52,312 nucleotides of DNA from a virus (Duplodnaviria > Heunggongvirae > Uroviricota > Caudoviricetes): IMG/VR virus record IMGVR_UViG_3300044878_000087, positions 258,432 through 310,743 of that record; one strand, written 5' to 3'. The translations under genes were made by a program, and so were the position numbers. Below the pieces are notes generated by a model that was not told the DNA's origin, did no database searches, and saw only the letters and a program-made list of their open reading frames with translations. This document shows, piece after piece, positions 9,801 through 17,690 of the stretch. Each line of letters starts with the position of its first letter. Position 1 is the stretch's first letter.

Positions 9801-11209
9801 ATAGTGCCGTTCCACACGTACAGGAAAACGCCTACGATGTAAGCATCACCGATAGTGGAATCATCAGCATCAATGATATCTTGGTATTGTTCTTCGGAGA
9901 TAGTGTCAATGACATTCAGACCAGGGCCCATAACGCCGTCAGCACCAACAAGGCTTTCTAGCCATTGTTCTTCGCTACCAATAAAGCCATCTGCAACAGC
10001 TACTTCATAAGCTGATTTACCTTCGTCGCCTTTAGCACCTTTGTTAGATGCCAGGAACTCAGCTTCTGTCTTACCAGCGTTACCAGGCTTAGTCAGCCAC
10101 AATGCATATGCTGATTGGCCATCGGCACCATTGGTACCGTTTGTGCCATTAGTTCCGTCTGTACCCTTAGCACCTTTCAGGGATGCAATCCACTGGGCTT
10201 GGGAACCTACGTAACCACCATCTACCGCTGTTTGGTAAGCGGACTTACCGTCAGCACCATTGGTGCCGTTAGTACCATTAACACCGTCCGAACCTTCAAG
10301 AGATTCCAGGAACTGTGCTTCGGAACCAGTGTTGCCTTCAGCCAACCACAGTTGATAAGAGGACTGTCCTTTAAGGGAATCCAACCACTCTGCTTCTGTA
10401 CCGCTGAACCCTTTGTCCTTAGCGACTTCGTAGGCTGTTTTGCCTTCCAAAGATTTCAGCCAAGTAGCTTGGTCAACGATAGACGGGTCTTGTTCTTTAG
10501 CAACATCATACGCCGACTTACCTTTCAGGGATGCCAGGTATTGCGCTTCTGTACCGATGAAACCATTGGACAGTGCAGCTTCATACGCTGACTCACCGGT
10601 AGCACCTTTCTGTGCTTCCAGGTAATCTGCAAGTGTTTTGTCGACGTTCTCTGGGATAGCTTCCCAGACTTCAAAAGCGGATTTACCATCAGGGCCGATT
10701 GCACCGTCATTACCGGTGTCACCTTTTGCGCCCTTGAGCGATAGAAGCCATTCAGCTTCAGTACCGATGAAACCGTTGTCCAGTGCTGTCTTGTAGGCAG
10801 ACTTACCCACGAGGGTTTTCAAGAAGTCTGCTTCTGTTCCGACAAAACCGGTATCGAGAGCAATGTCATAAATCGACTTGCCTGAATCACCGTCTTCACC
10901 CTTAGCGCCTTTGAGAGATGCAATGAATGCAACCTCGTCACCAACGAAGCCAAGGTCTACAGCGATTTGATAAGCCGTCTTACCTTCGAGGCTGGACAGC
11001 CATTGGTCTACAGTGCCCACGTAGCCGTTCTGGACAGCGATCTCGTAAGCGGATAGACCTGCGTTATTGCGGATCTTGGAAACTAACAGACGATAGTTTT
11101 TATACGTACCGTCGGCCTCCAGGCGGATAACTTCCAGAAATTCTTCTCCACTGATAGTCAGCAGGGAGTCCATCCCAGAGATCATACCTTTCTTATTTGA
11201 CTCTGCCAT
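6878..11209 (-). CDS. long collagen-like fibre protein (1443 aa)
   Basis: Many G-X-Y runs (GTNGTDG, GPKGDVGIDGPEG), more than 15 GKSAY(E)xAxxxGFxGTEAxWLxSLKG repeats, foldon-like repeats and a C-terminal beta-rich domain. N-terminal module is shared with two neighbours. Confidence 0.85.
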   Translation of the reverse strand: MAESNKKGMISGMDSLLTISGEEFLEVIRLEADGTYKNYRLLVSKIRNNAGLSAYEIAVQNGYVGTVDQWLSSLEGKTAYQIAVDLGFVGDEVAFIASLKGAKGEDGDSGKSIYDIALDTGFVGTEADFLKTLVGKSAYKTALDNGFIGTEAEWLLSLKGAKGDTGNDGAIGPDGKSAFEVWEAIPENVDKTLADYLEAQKGATGESAYEAALSNGFIGTEAQYLASLKGKSAYDVAKEQDPSIVDQATWLKSLEGKTAYEVAKDKGFSGTEAEWLDSLKGQSSYQLWLAEGNTGSEAQFLESLEGSDGVNGTNGTNGADGKSAYQTAVDGGYVGSQAQWIASLKGAKGTDGTNGTNGTNGADGQSAYALWLTKPGNAGKTEAEFLASNKGAKGDEGKSAYEVAVADGFIGSEEQWLESLVGADGVMGPGLNVIDTISEEQYQDIIDADDSTIGDAYIVGVFLYVWNGTIWVKSNALQGPAGRGLNYLGEWPNAAQLPLDVNYKASDTYVWRSSLWTLVEQPVRKWVDIGVPGPVGKSAYQSWLDQGNAGTETQFVDSLKGQKGDAGKDGTNGTDGVDGQIGPNGKSAYEVAVADGFVGTELQWLVSLKGDQGEKGDPAPAFEIKGTLTNVSQLPRPGTPAEAFYVNKDLYVWIIDETTPANSDYHNFGSLNGKSAYEIAVEQDFVGTEVQWLASMKGADGINGTNGQDGTDGQDGQDGTNGIDGKDGRNLQVKGTQANLTAIQALPTPVDQDAWVALDTGHLHIRVGAAWIDAGPFRGQDGTNGTDGVDGTNGTNGIDGKDGVDGAQGASAFEAYKAIPGNAGKTEADFIASIKGADGTNGTDGVDGVDGAQGASAFEAYKAIPGNAGKTEAEFIASLKGADGTNGTNGTNGTNGKSVVIKGSVANQAALPGGAAEQDAYTTLDTGTLFMWITGAWVNLGEFRGPKGDVGIDGPEGKQGVSINIKGEVELIADLPTAGTLAEGDAYFVKEDGSLYQVNSAGVYNPGIHIRGLQGEDGIQGIQGPAGNSITINGSYATLGALQAAHPTGANGEGYLIGSNLFLYGVNPVGGATQWYDAGPVRGPQGVEGPIGKTGLKGNTGATGERGSLWLVLPNNVSEPTSDYGRVGDWAVNNTFDTFYKDPSAGWLQMGRLVAGDVNSPLANLGKVVRLGNSWVKLPVDEVPSLVSGKVYGRQLKAGETTLGEWVEIQFPAFPEPTADSKLYARRVATGQTNGGWVEVVIPPSIADLVSKDSKLYARTFEAADSVPKWKEITIPAGGITDAPTTAGKTYLRSGQNANWVEYTGISAPADSKKYMRTDTAWVAFDSYDVASAAIAAATAAVTFNASNTQLLDITNTAGAVAKTINFTNLPAANRSTTLVLLIRGSTASISFQINGVAVTASNLIWNGGTAPTYQAGINVVTFLVIGGASPVLIGAVGAQTAS

Positions 11210-11307
11210 CGCGATGTTCCTTTAAAGAGAGCCTTAGTAAAATCAACCGGTCGTCTTACTAAAACTTAAATAAGACTCATACAGTAGGTTAAAAAATACT
11301 GAGACGG

Positions 11308-11335
11308 CATAAGGGAACCCTAAGGCTCCCGAATG
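11308..11335 (-). terminator. hairpin terminator
   Basis: Minus strand GGGAGCC-TTAG-GGTTCCC-TTATG just after the 131-aa gene. Confidence 0.65.
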
Positions 11336-11338
11336 TCT

Positions 11339-11734
11339 TTAAGGTGCAACAGTACCTGCGTCAAGCTTCCACTCCCCGCCAGGTTCTTTGGTAAAGCCGA
11401 TGTCATTCAGCAGTGCCAACAGCGATGCTGCTGTAACATACTTCGCATCATCTGTACCTTCGATCACTTCCTCACCAGTAGCTTTGGCTGGAATTGTCGC
11501 AAGAGCTTCCGTTAGTCCATTAACGTCGGCAACAGCAACTTCAAAAGCTGCCAGTTTAGTGTCGATCAATTGGTTGATAGCGGTTTGGCTTAAGCCACCG
11601 ATCAGAGTACCACCAACAGTAACGCCGTCATGTACATAGACTAGTTTAGTAGTCAGGTCAACGAAGAACGTGCCTTCCAAACCTTTCCATGCGAGGGCTT
11701 CTGCAGTGGCACCACGTCTAACTTGAACGATCAT
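11339..11734 (-). CDS. small fibre-associated protein with Mtd N-terminal-like domain
   Basis: MIVQVRRGATAE...GLEGTFFVDLTTKLVYVHDGVTVGG matches the major-tropism-determinant N-terminal pattern. Also has a VADVNGLTEAL fibre repeat. Confidence 0.7.
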   Translation of the reverse strand: MIVQVRRGATAEALAWKGLEGTFFVDLTTKLVYVHDGVTVGGTLIGGLSQTAINQLIDTKLAAFEVAVADVNGLTEALATIPAKATGEEVIEGTDDAKYVTAASLLALLNDIGFTKEPGGEWKLDAGTVAP

Positions 11735-11756
11735 AATCAGTTCCTTCTAAAAAGTA

Positions 11757-12359
11757 TTACGGTGCGACAGGATTTACGTGACCTTCATCAAAGATGATGT
11801 CTTTCATATCGCTGGTATACCGAATGCCTGGAAGAGCCAGAAGCACTTTCATTACTTCGGTAGTTGTGCGGGACCGCAACAGATACCGAGAGAACTCAGT
11901 ACGCTGTGGTTCCGACACTGGCTTGTCTGCGTCAGCTGTATCGTTGACGTGAGTCAAGCCTACATCGGCAGGAGTGAGTTGTTTAAACACACCCACGCCT
12001 TGTGCGTCTGCAGTCAGTACTTGACCAACACGCAGTGGATCAGCTTTATACAAGGCTTCTAGGGCTTTAACCCAATCAGCTTCAGTGCCTACGAACTCAC
12101 CTACACGAACAGCGATTTCGTAAGCAGATGCACCAACCAATGTTTCAAGCCACTGTGCTTCCGTTCCGACAAAGCCATTATCTACGGCCAGGTCATATGC
12201 AGTTTTACCTACACGGAGTTTCGAAGCTAATGTGCGATAGTTCTTGTACGAACCATCTGGCATTAGCCGAACAACTTCTACGAATTCATCACCGCTGAGA
12301 GTCAGCGCTGTTTCCATCCCAGAAATCATATTTTTGTTTGGGGTGTTAGTATCCGCCAT
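11757..12359 (-). CDS. short fibre/adaptor protein
   Basis: Shared N-terminal module (MISGMETALTLSGDEFVEVVR..DGSYKNYR), two SAY..AV..GFVGTE..W repeats and a DVGLTHVNDTADADKPVS fibre motif. Confidence 0.75.
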   Translation of the reverse strand: MADTNTPNKNMISGMETALTLSGDEFVEVVRLMPDGSYKNYRTLASKLRVGKTAYDLAVDNGFVGTEAQWLETLVGASAYEIAVRVGEFVGTEADWVKALEALYKADPLRVGQVLTADAQGVGVFKQLTPADVGLTHVNDTADADKPVSEPQRTEFSRYLLRSRTTTEVMKVLLALPGIRYTSDMKDIIFDEGHVNPVAP

Positions 12360-12391
12360 GGCTAGATCCTTTTGTTACATAAAATTGTTGG

Positions 12392-15325
12392 TTAGAACTG
12401 TCTCACGTCGAAGTCCACCGTAATGGTCCCCGTAAACGTAGCAGATGCACCAGTAGACTGAGTGATCCGAACATCGATCTCTTGTCCAGGTGTGACAACT
12501 AATCCGCCAGAGAAGTTAAATCGTGGCTGACCATCTTTGGTATGGTCATAGTACGCAATGATGTTTGTAGCAACACCCTGAACATACACGCGCGCTGTGT
12601 AGCGCTGGTTGTTAGCTGGAAGCGTAGGGGCTTCAAGGTTACAGATGAGTTGTGCAAAAGAGGCCCGTAGTGGGATCTTAACAACTGTGGCACCTGAGGA
12701 AACCACCGAGTACTTATACGGATCTAACGTAGCAACATCGAAGCTCATCCGAGTAGCAACACCCGTCATGACGACAGTGCCACTCGCCGTTAGGTGTGCT
12801 CGCGTTTCAACCACACGACCACGGTCAGTATAGCTGTAAGCATCCAGTGCACTTGGCCATATACCCGCAACCGGACGCATACCAATACCAGTGTAGTGAT
12901 AGCTGAGGTTCTGATACATGTCATCAACACCGCCCCATGCTGTACGCAGGTTAGCGATGTACGCAGGAATATCCGGGATACCACCATCTGCAGGGTCATT
13001 ATGGATTAAACGTCCACCAATAGGACCAGTGCAGTTAGTATAGCGAATGATGCGTGGGAGTTGCCCTTGTAGCACAACACCACCATTGTCTGCCCGTACC
13101 TGATTGCCAAAGTAGTTTGTGCAACTTTCGAAGATCACACCTACTTCAACAGATTCATCAGTACCTGCAACAAACTTAGTAGGAGTAGCAAACCAGTACA
13201 CGCCTGGTAAACCACCACCCTCACCACCAAAGCGAACCTTGGTAAAGCGAACACCACCATAGGCATCGACCCAACGACACTTCAATCCGAATGTGCCACC
13301 TGGAACCATCATCAAGTCAGACATGGATAACAAGCCAACGTTCTTAATGGCAGACGTGTTATCGTCAAACCAATCCGATGCAACTTGTAGCCAACCACCT
13401 GTAACGAAGGTGTGATCACATTCAGTAAACAACACACGGCGGCAACGAGTCCAACGGCAGTTATCAAAGATAGCCTGTGTTGATGTTACACCGTAATCGG
13501 TCGCTGTGTTGCGGAGTTGTACTGCCCAGCCATTAGAACCAGCAAAGGTACAGTTACGGAACATCCACAAACCGAAGTTAACGTTCTTGTTGTTTAAGTT
13601 AACTTGGTTACGACCACCAATGAAGAAGATGTTCTCGTAATGAGATCGATAACTATCGTTCCCCAAGATCATATCCACAGTGGTAGAAGCTTCAAAAGAA
13701 GCAAAGCCATTAGCCACTACGTGAATTGCTGCAGGCATAGTTCGAGTTAATCGAACACGTGCACCTTTAGGAATCGTTAGACCTGGGCACACCACTACCG
13801 CACTGGATACGCCACCACCAAAGGTAGGGTTCCAGATCTTAGCCTTACTGCGTTGCCACAGTACTGCTCGCTCGTAAGCATCTGAGTCGTCGTTAGTACC
13901 ATCACCAACGAAACCTTTGAAGTCCGCTAGATCACGATACCCATCCAACTTAACTTGGAGTGTCCGATCTTCCGATGCCCCTACCGCTAGATCCCCTGGA
14001 TGGTAAGTAACCAATCCAGATCCACCCGGTGCAGCTAACAACGTCATGTTATTATTAGTGACTGCAGCAGCCGCTTGGGCAGATGCCGCAGCGTCGGTTG
14101 CTGATTGTTGGGCATTAGCTTGGAAGCCTTGTGCCGCAGTCTGTGACGATGCTGCAGCCGTTGCAGAGCTTTGAGCTGCTGTTCGTGCCGTGCCAGCTTG
14201 TGTCGCAGCAGTCTGTGCTGCTGTCGCTGAACTAGCTGCCGCATCTTTCGATGCAATGGCTTGGGCTGCCGCTGTTTGTGCAAAGTTAGTCGATGACGCT
14301 GCCGCCACCTTAGACGATTCTGCCTGGGTAGCAAAGTTCTGAGCAGACGTTACCGATGTAGCCGCATTATTAGCAAACCCTTCGGTAGCATTACGAGAAG
14401 CTAATGCTTGAGCCGCAGAAACTGCAGCAGCATCTTTAGAGCTGGTTGCACTAGAAGCAGAACTCGCCGCAGCATCTTTAGATGCACTGGCACCTTGAGC
14501 CGCTGTCGTAGCTGTGTCACTGGCCGCGATGGCGGATGCCGTCATGGCAGTAACAGTATCCTTGGCCGCAGTTACGGTTGGGACAATTGCTTCTATCGAG
14601 TCTTTAGCTGATGTTGCAATAGCTGCAGAACTAGCTGCCGAAGCAGCAGAACTTTGTGCAGCATCTTTAGCAGCATTAACCACAGGTAGCGAAGCTTCAG
14701 CCATGTCCTTAGCTGCAATAGCTAAGTCGGCACTGTTTTGAACTTCTATTGCCGTGTTGGTAATAGTAGCCGCAATCGATTCAGCTGAGTTGTTTGCATT
14801 CACTGCTCGTGTTGCAGAGCTTTGTGCACTAGAGGCAGATGACTGTGCAGAGTTCTTAGCCGAGATAGCTACTGTGACAGCACCTGTTACTTGATCGGCT
14901 GCGAGACTGGCAGTATTAGCTGACGTTGCCGCAGCTTGAGCAGCTGACTGAGCTTGAGATAAAACACGATCGAGTTCTTCTTGCAATCCGTCGATGGTGC
15001 TAATATTAACTTCTGTCCACTGTCCCACACCCTGATCATCGGCCATTAGAACTTTGCCGTACCTGGATTCATCGCGAGAGTACAACGCTTTGGTGCACTC
15101 CAGCCATTCCTCTAAAGTACCAACGAATCCATTGCTAACGGCGAAATCATAAGCAGTGCGGGTTTCCTTTAGTTTGCTCGTTAATACTCGGTAGTTTCTA
15201 TAACTACCGTCAGTAGCTCGCTTGACCACTTCGACATATTCATCACCACTGATGATCAGTAGCGGGTCCATGCCGGAAAGCTTATTTTTGTTTAGTTGCG
15301 TATCCGCAGCAAGTGATCCGTTCAT
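12392..15325 (-). CDS. tailspike/depolymerase-like fibre: shared N-terminal module, Ala/Ser coiled coil, pectate-lyase-3-type beta-helix, C-terminal beta-sandwich
   Basis: DFKGFVGDGTNDDSDAYERA is a classic beta-helix entry motif. Preceded by about 300 aa of A/S/Q/T-rich heptads. Confidence 0.8.
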   Translation of the reverse strand: MNGSLAADTQLNKNKLSGMDPLLIISGDEYVEVVKRATDGSYRNYRVLTSKLKETRTAYDFAVSNGFVGTLEEWLECTKALYSRDESRYGKVLMADDQGVGQWTEVNISTIDGLQEELDRVLSQAQSAAQAAATSANTASLAADQVTGAVTVAISAKNSAQSSASSAQSSATRAVNANNSAESIAATITNTAIEVQNSADLAIAAKDMAEASLPVVNAAKDAAQSSAASAASSAAIATSAKDSIEAIVPTVTAAKDTVTAMTASAIAASDTATTAAQGASASKDAAASSASSATSSKDAAAVSAAQALASRNATEGFANNAATSVTSAQNFATQAESSKVAAASSTNFAQTAAAQAIASKDAAASSATAAQTAATQAGTARTAAQSSATAAASSQTAAQGFQANAQQSATDAAASAQAAAAVTNNNMTLLAAPGGSGLVTYHPGDLAVGASEDRTLQVKLDGYRDLADFKGFVGDGTNDDSDAYERAVLWQRSKAKIWNPTFGGGVSSAVVVCPGLTIPKGARVRLTRTMPAAIHVVANGFASFEASTTVDMILGNDSYRSHYENIFFIGGRNQVNLNNKNVNFGLWMFRNCTFAGSNGWAVQLRNTATDYGVTSTQAIFDNCRWTRCRRVLFTECDHTFVTGGWLQVASDWFDDNTSAIKNVGLLSMSDLMMVPGGTFGLKCRWVDAYGGVRFTKVRFGGEGGGLPGVYWFATPTKFVAGTDESVEVGVIFESCTNYFGNQVRADNGGVVLQGQLPRIIRYTNCTGPIGGRLIHNDPADGGIPDIPAYIANLRTAWGGVDDMYQNLSYHYTGIGMRPVAGIWPSALDAYSYTDRGRVVETRAHLTASGTVVMTGVATRMSFDVATLDPYKYSVVSSGATVVKIPLRASFAQLICNLEAPTLPANNQRYTARVYVQGVATNIIAYYDHTKDGQPRFNFSGGLVVTPGQEIDVRITQSTGASATFTGTITVDFDVRQF

Positions 15326-15350
15326 ACTTAAATCCTTTTGTTACGCGGCG

Positions 15351-15935
15351 TTAACCGCGATACTTGGCTACTTTAGATTCGAGCAGCGCTAAGATTTCAG
15401 CATTGGTCAAAGGTGTCTTCTTATCGCGAGCATAGAAGATACCAACGTTTGCTGCAGCTTGAGCTGGGAACATTGCTGCCCCGATAGCCTTACGATCAGC
15501 CAACAGGAATTTCTTAGCTGTACCAACACCAAAGAAGTGTGCAGCGTACAGTTCAGTATCTGTTGGTTCACGACCCAGTCCACTCTTAAGAATGCGGGCG
15601 TTGTCTTTCAGCAGCTCTGCACCCATTAGGCCATTGGCTCGTGGATCTAAACGCAGTCCACGTTGAGCATCATCGATAAGACCATATTTGGCATTAGTCA
15701 ACTTCAGGATATCATCCCAAGTTTTGTTCAAGTGTTGAAACCAACCTGTTGCACTTGATGTAGATGCTTTCACCAGGTAATCAAACCCAGATTCGATTGC
15801 AGCGAATGTTGCCAAGATAGCAGCAGACATCCCTGTGATCTTACCAATAGCTTCTAGTGTTGGCATAGCCGCAGCACGTGATTTATTCGCTACGGGTAGC
15901 GGAATGGAATCAAGTATAGCGTTCTTAGTAGCCAT
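15351..15935 (-). CDS. endolysin, lytic transglycosylase (phiKZ gp144 catalytic domain-like)
   Basis: FAAIESGF, SSATGWFQ, LYAAHFFG SLT motifs. Start chosen at the ATG after the GAGGT RBS. Confidence 0.85.
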   Translation of the reverse strand: MATKNAILDSIPLPVANKSRAAAMPTLEAIGKITGMSAAILATFAAIESGFDYLVKASTSSATGWFQHLNKTWDDILKLTNAKYGLIDDAQRGLRLDPRANGLMGAELLKDNARILKSGLGREPTDTELYAAHFFGVGTAKKFLLADRKAIGAAMFPAQAAANVGIFYARDKKTPLTNAEILALLESKVAKYRG

Positions 15936-15945
15936 GTTATTTACC

Positions 15946-16485
15946 TCAGTCGTGTTCCATTTCCCGGATGTCGCCATCTTCCATCAGACGGTTATCACCA
16001 TCTTCCAGATAACGGGAGTATGGGTTAGCTTCCACGATATCGACAATAACATCAGTCTCGCCAAAGTAAGCGTAGCTACCGGTCATTGCTTTTAAGCGAT
16101 AAACGAAGCTGGCTTCTTTGACACTGATGACTACCGTCGAGAAAGAAATGTCATCTGGACCGAAAGTCATTTTACGACTACGGTTGATTTCTCGTGCGAT
16201 GCTGGCGGGCGTAGGTAACCCTACAATTGTGATTCGTGTGCTCGTGCCCAGTGCCTTTGGATGTGCCAAGTCTAGACGACGATATACAAAGAATTCTTTT
16301 AGCCCAGTCAGGCGATTAGTCATCTCAATAAAGGTACGGCCAGGGATAGCAGGCAGTGGGGCAAAGAACATGTCTTCAAAGCTCACTTGATCAGGTTTGT
16401 AGTTCCTTTTCAAGTCGATGTTCACCTGCTTCACGAGCGCGTCGCGAGAAGGCATGTCATACGGGAAACGATCTGTTGTGATCAT
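15946..16485 (-). CDS. virion structural/adaptor protein with C-terminal RxxEDG repeat tail
   Basis: FFVYRRLDL motif resembles the structural paralogs at 33825 and 34711. Ends ANPYSRYLEDGDNRLMEDGDIREMEHD. Confidence 0.7.
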   Translation of the reverse strand: MITTDRFPYDMPSRDALVKQVNIDLKRNYKPDQVSFEDMFFAPLPAIPGRTFIEMTNRLTGLKEFFVYRRLDLAHPKALGTSTRITIVGLPTPASIAREINRSRKMTFGPDDISFSTVVISVKEASFVYRLKAMTGSYAYFGETDVIVDIVEANPYSRYLEDGDNRLMEDGDIREMEHD

Positions 16486-16531
16486 GTTTAAACCTCAGTC
16501 CTGTGGTTACAAAGTTGATTAATCCACATAG

Positions 16532-16569
16532 CATAATAAAGCCCGCCCCATAACGGGACGGGCAGTATG
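16532..16569. terminator. hairpin terminator (CATA...TATG family)
   Basis: CATAATAAA-GCCCGCCCC-ATAAC-GGGACGGGC-AG-TATG after the holin candidate (imperfect stem). Confidence 0.65.
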
Positions 16570-16572
16570 TTT

Positions 16573-16974
16573 TTATTGTCCAGCAATGAGCAACTTTGCA
16601 ATTTCGAAAAGTCCTGTAATCAAGACTTTAAACACATCCGTGACACCCGCTGCAGCTTCGCCTTCCAATTTGGCAACACTACCAGCAAACCCTAATCCAG
16701 CAACAACTGCCAAAACAGCCATCGATAGAACTAGGAACTTATAGCTATCTTTCTTACGCAGAGGAACGAATTCCTTAGCGAAGATTTCGTCTTGCTTTTC
16801 TCGAGACGATTTATAAATAGCGGCAATCGCTTCTGCGCCTGTGGATGCAGTAGTCAAAGCAGTATCACCTGAGAGCATCAGGTTACTGTTCAAATACCCA
16901 ATCACCATTGCTGCAGTCGGGTGGGTCGAAATTGGACTTAGATCAATCTCATTCAGGATTTCCGAGATTTTCAT
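16573..16974 (-). CDS. membrane protein, holin candidate
   Basis: C-terminal hydrophobic segments (FLVLSMAVLAVVAGLGFAG; VLITGLFEIAKLLIA). Lies between spanins and endolysin. Confidence 0.5.
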   Translation of the reverse strand: MKISEILNEIDLSPISTHPTAAMVIGYLNSNLMLSGDTALTTASTGAEAIAAIYKSSREKQDEIFAKEFVPLRKKDSYKFLVLSMAVLAVVAGLGFAGSVAKLEGEAAAGVTDVFKVLITGLFEIAKLLIAGQ

Positions 16975-17305
16975 TTGGCTTCTCCAAACCACGATGTTTG
17001 TTTACCCACTCACGTGATTTGCGCACTTGTTTGTTACAGAGTCCCAGTGCGTCAGTTTGTAGGAGCCAGTGATCGGACATCAACAGGTAGCGAGCTTCCC
17101 AGTCCGACACCACACCGGCTACACGATAACGCTGTGCGGCGTTAACAATGTCGTCGGCAGTCGGAGGGGGAGAAACGTAACACTCAGTGGTTAGCACTGA
17201 TGGTAGAGCAGCCGACACCACGCTCGGGGGCTGCTGCACAGTAGTGCTGGTGCAACCGGTCAGCCATGAGGCCAATGCGAGCAGCATCACCAATAGGATC
17301 AACAT
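16949..17305 (-). CDS. o-spanin (outer-membrane lipoprotein)
   Basis: Signal peptide MLILLVMLLALASWLTG-C with lipobox, Pro-rich periplasmic part, start embedded in the i-spanin gene. Confidence 0.8.
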   Translation of the reverse strand: MLILLVMLLALASWLTGCTSTTVQQPPSVVSAALPSVLTTECYVSPPPTADDIVNAAQRYRVAGVVSDWEARYLLMSDHWLLQTDALGLCNKQVRKSREWVNKHRGLEKPNENLGNPE

Positions 17306-17690
17306 CTTTGGTGGTGGGCCTATCTTGAGTTGCTTTTGACCTCGTTGCAACCTTTGCCTTAGGCTTGTCCACAACCGGGGTTGGGATAGCGGCCTGGCTG
17401 GTTGCCATGTTAATGTACTCATCAATCACTCCTTCACGTGACTGTTGCATCTCTTCCTTCACATCTTCTTTTTCCTGAACAAATTCGGTAACAACCTGGT
17501 CCGAGATGGTTGCGGACTGATCTTTATATTTCACCGTCTCCGTGAGCGTAGAGTTCTCGGTCTTGAGAGACCCAGCTTGTTCGGTACGCGCATCGTATTT
17601 ATTCCAGAGTACAGTACTTACTCCTAATACTGCTACTAAGCAGCCTATCAGGAGCCATTCAAACCATTGTAGACTTTTAAGAAACATCAT
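17184..17690 (-). CDS. i-spanin (inner-membrane)
   Basis: N-terminal TM helix (WLLIGCLVAVLGVSTVLW) then coiled coil. Overlaps the lipoprotein gene in another frame. Confidence 0.78.
   Translation of the reverse strand: MMFLKSLQWFEWLLIGCLVAVLGVSTVLWNKYDARTEQAGSLKTENSTLTETVKYKDQSATISDQVVTEFVQEKEDVKEEMQQSREGVIDEYINMATSQAAIPTPVVDKPKAKVATRSKATQDRPTTKDVDPIGDAARIGLMADRLHQHYCAAAPERGVGCSTISANH

Noticed and set aside
6701-10722. Several long plus-strand ORFs over the collagen fibre gene
   Set aside because: Antisense products of repetitive Gly-rich coding sequence.
15935-15948. Readthrough at other TGA-ending genes such as the 179-aa adaptor
   Set aside because: Here the frame closes after two codons (TGA GGT AAA TAA). 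The other TGA stops I checked overlap the next ATG or lead to no motif, so genome-wide UGA recoding is not supported.
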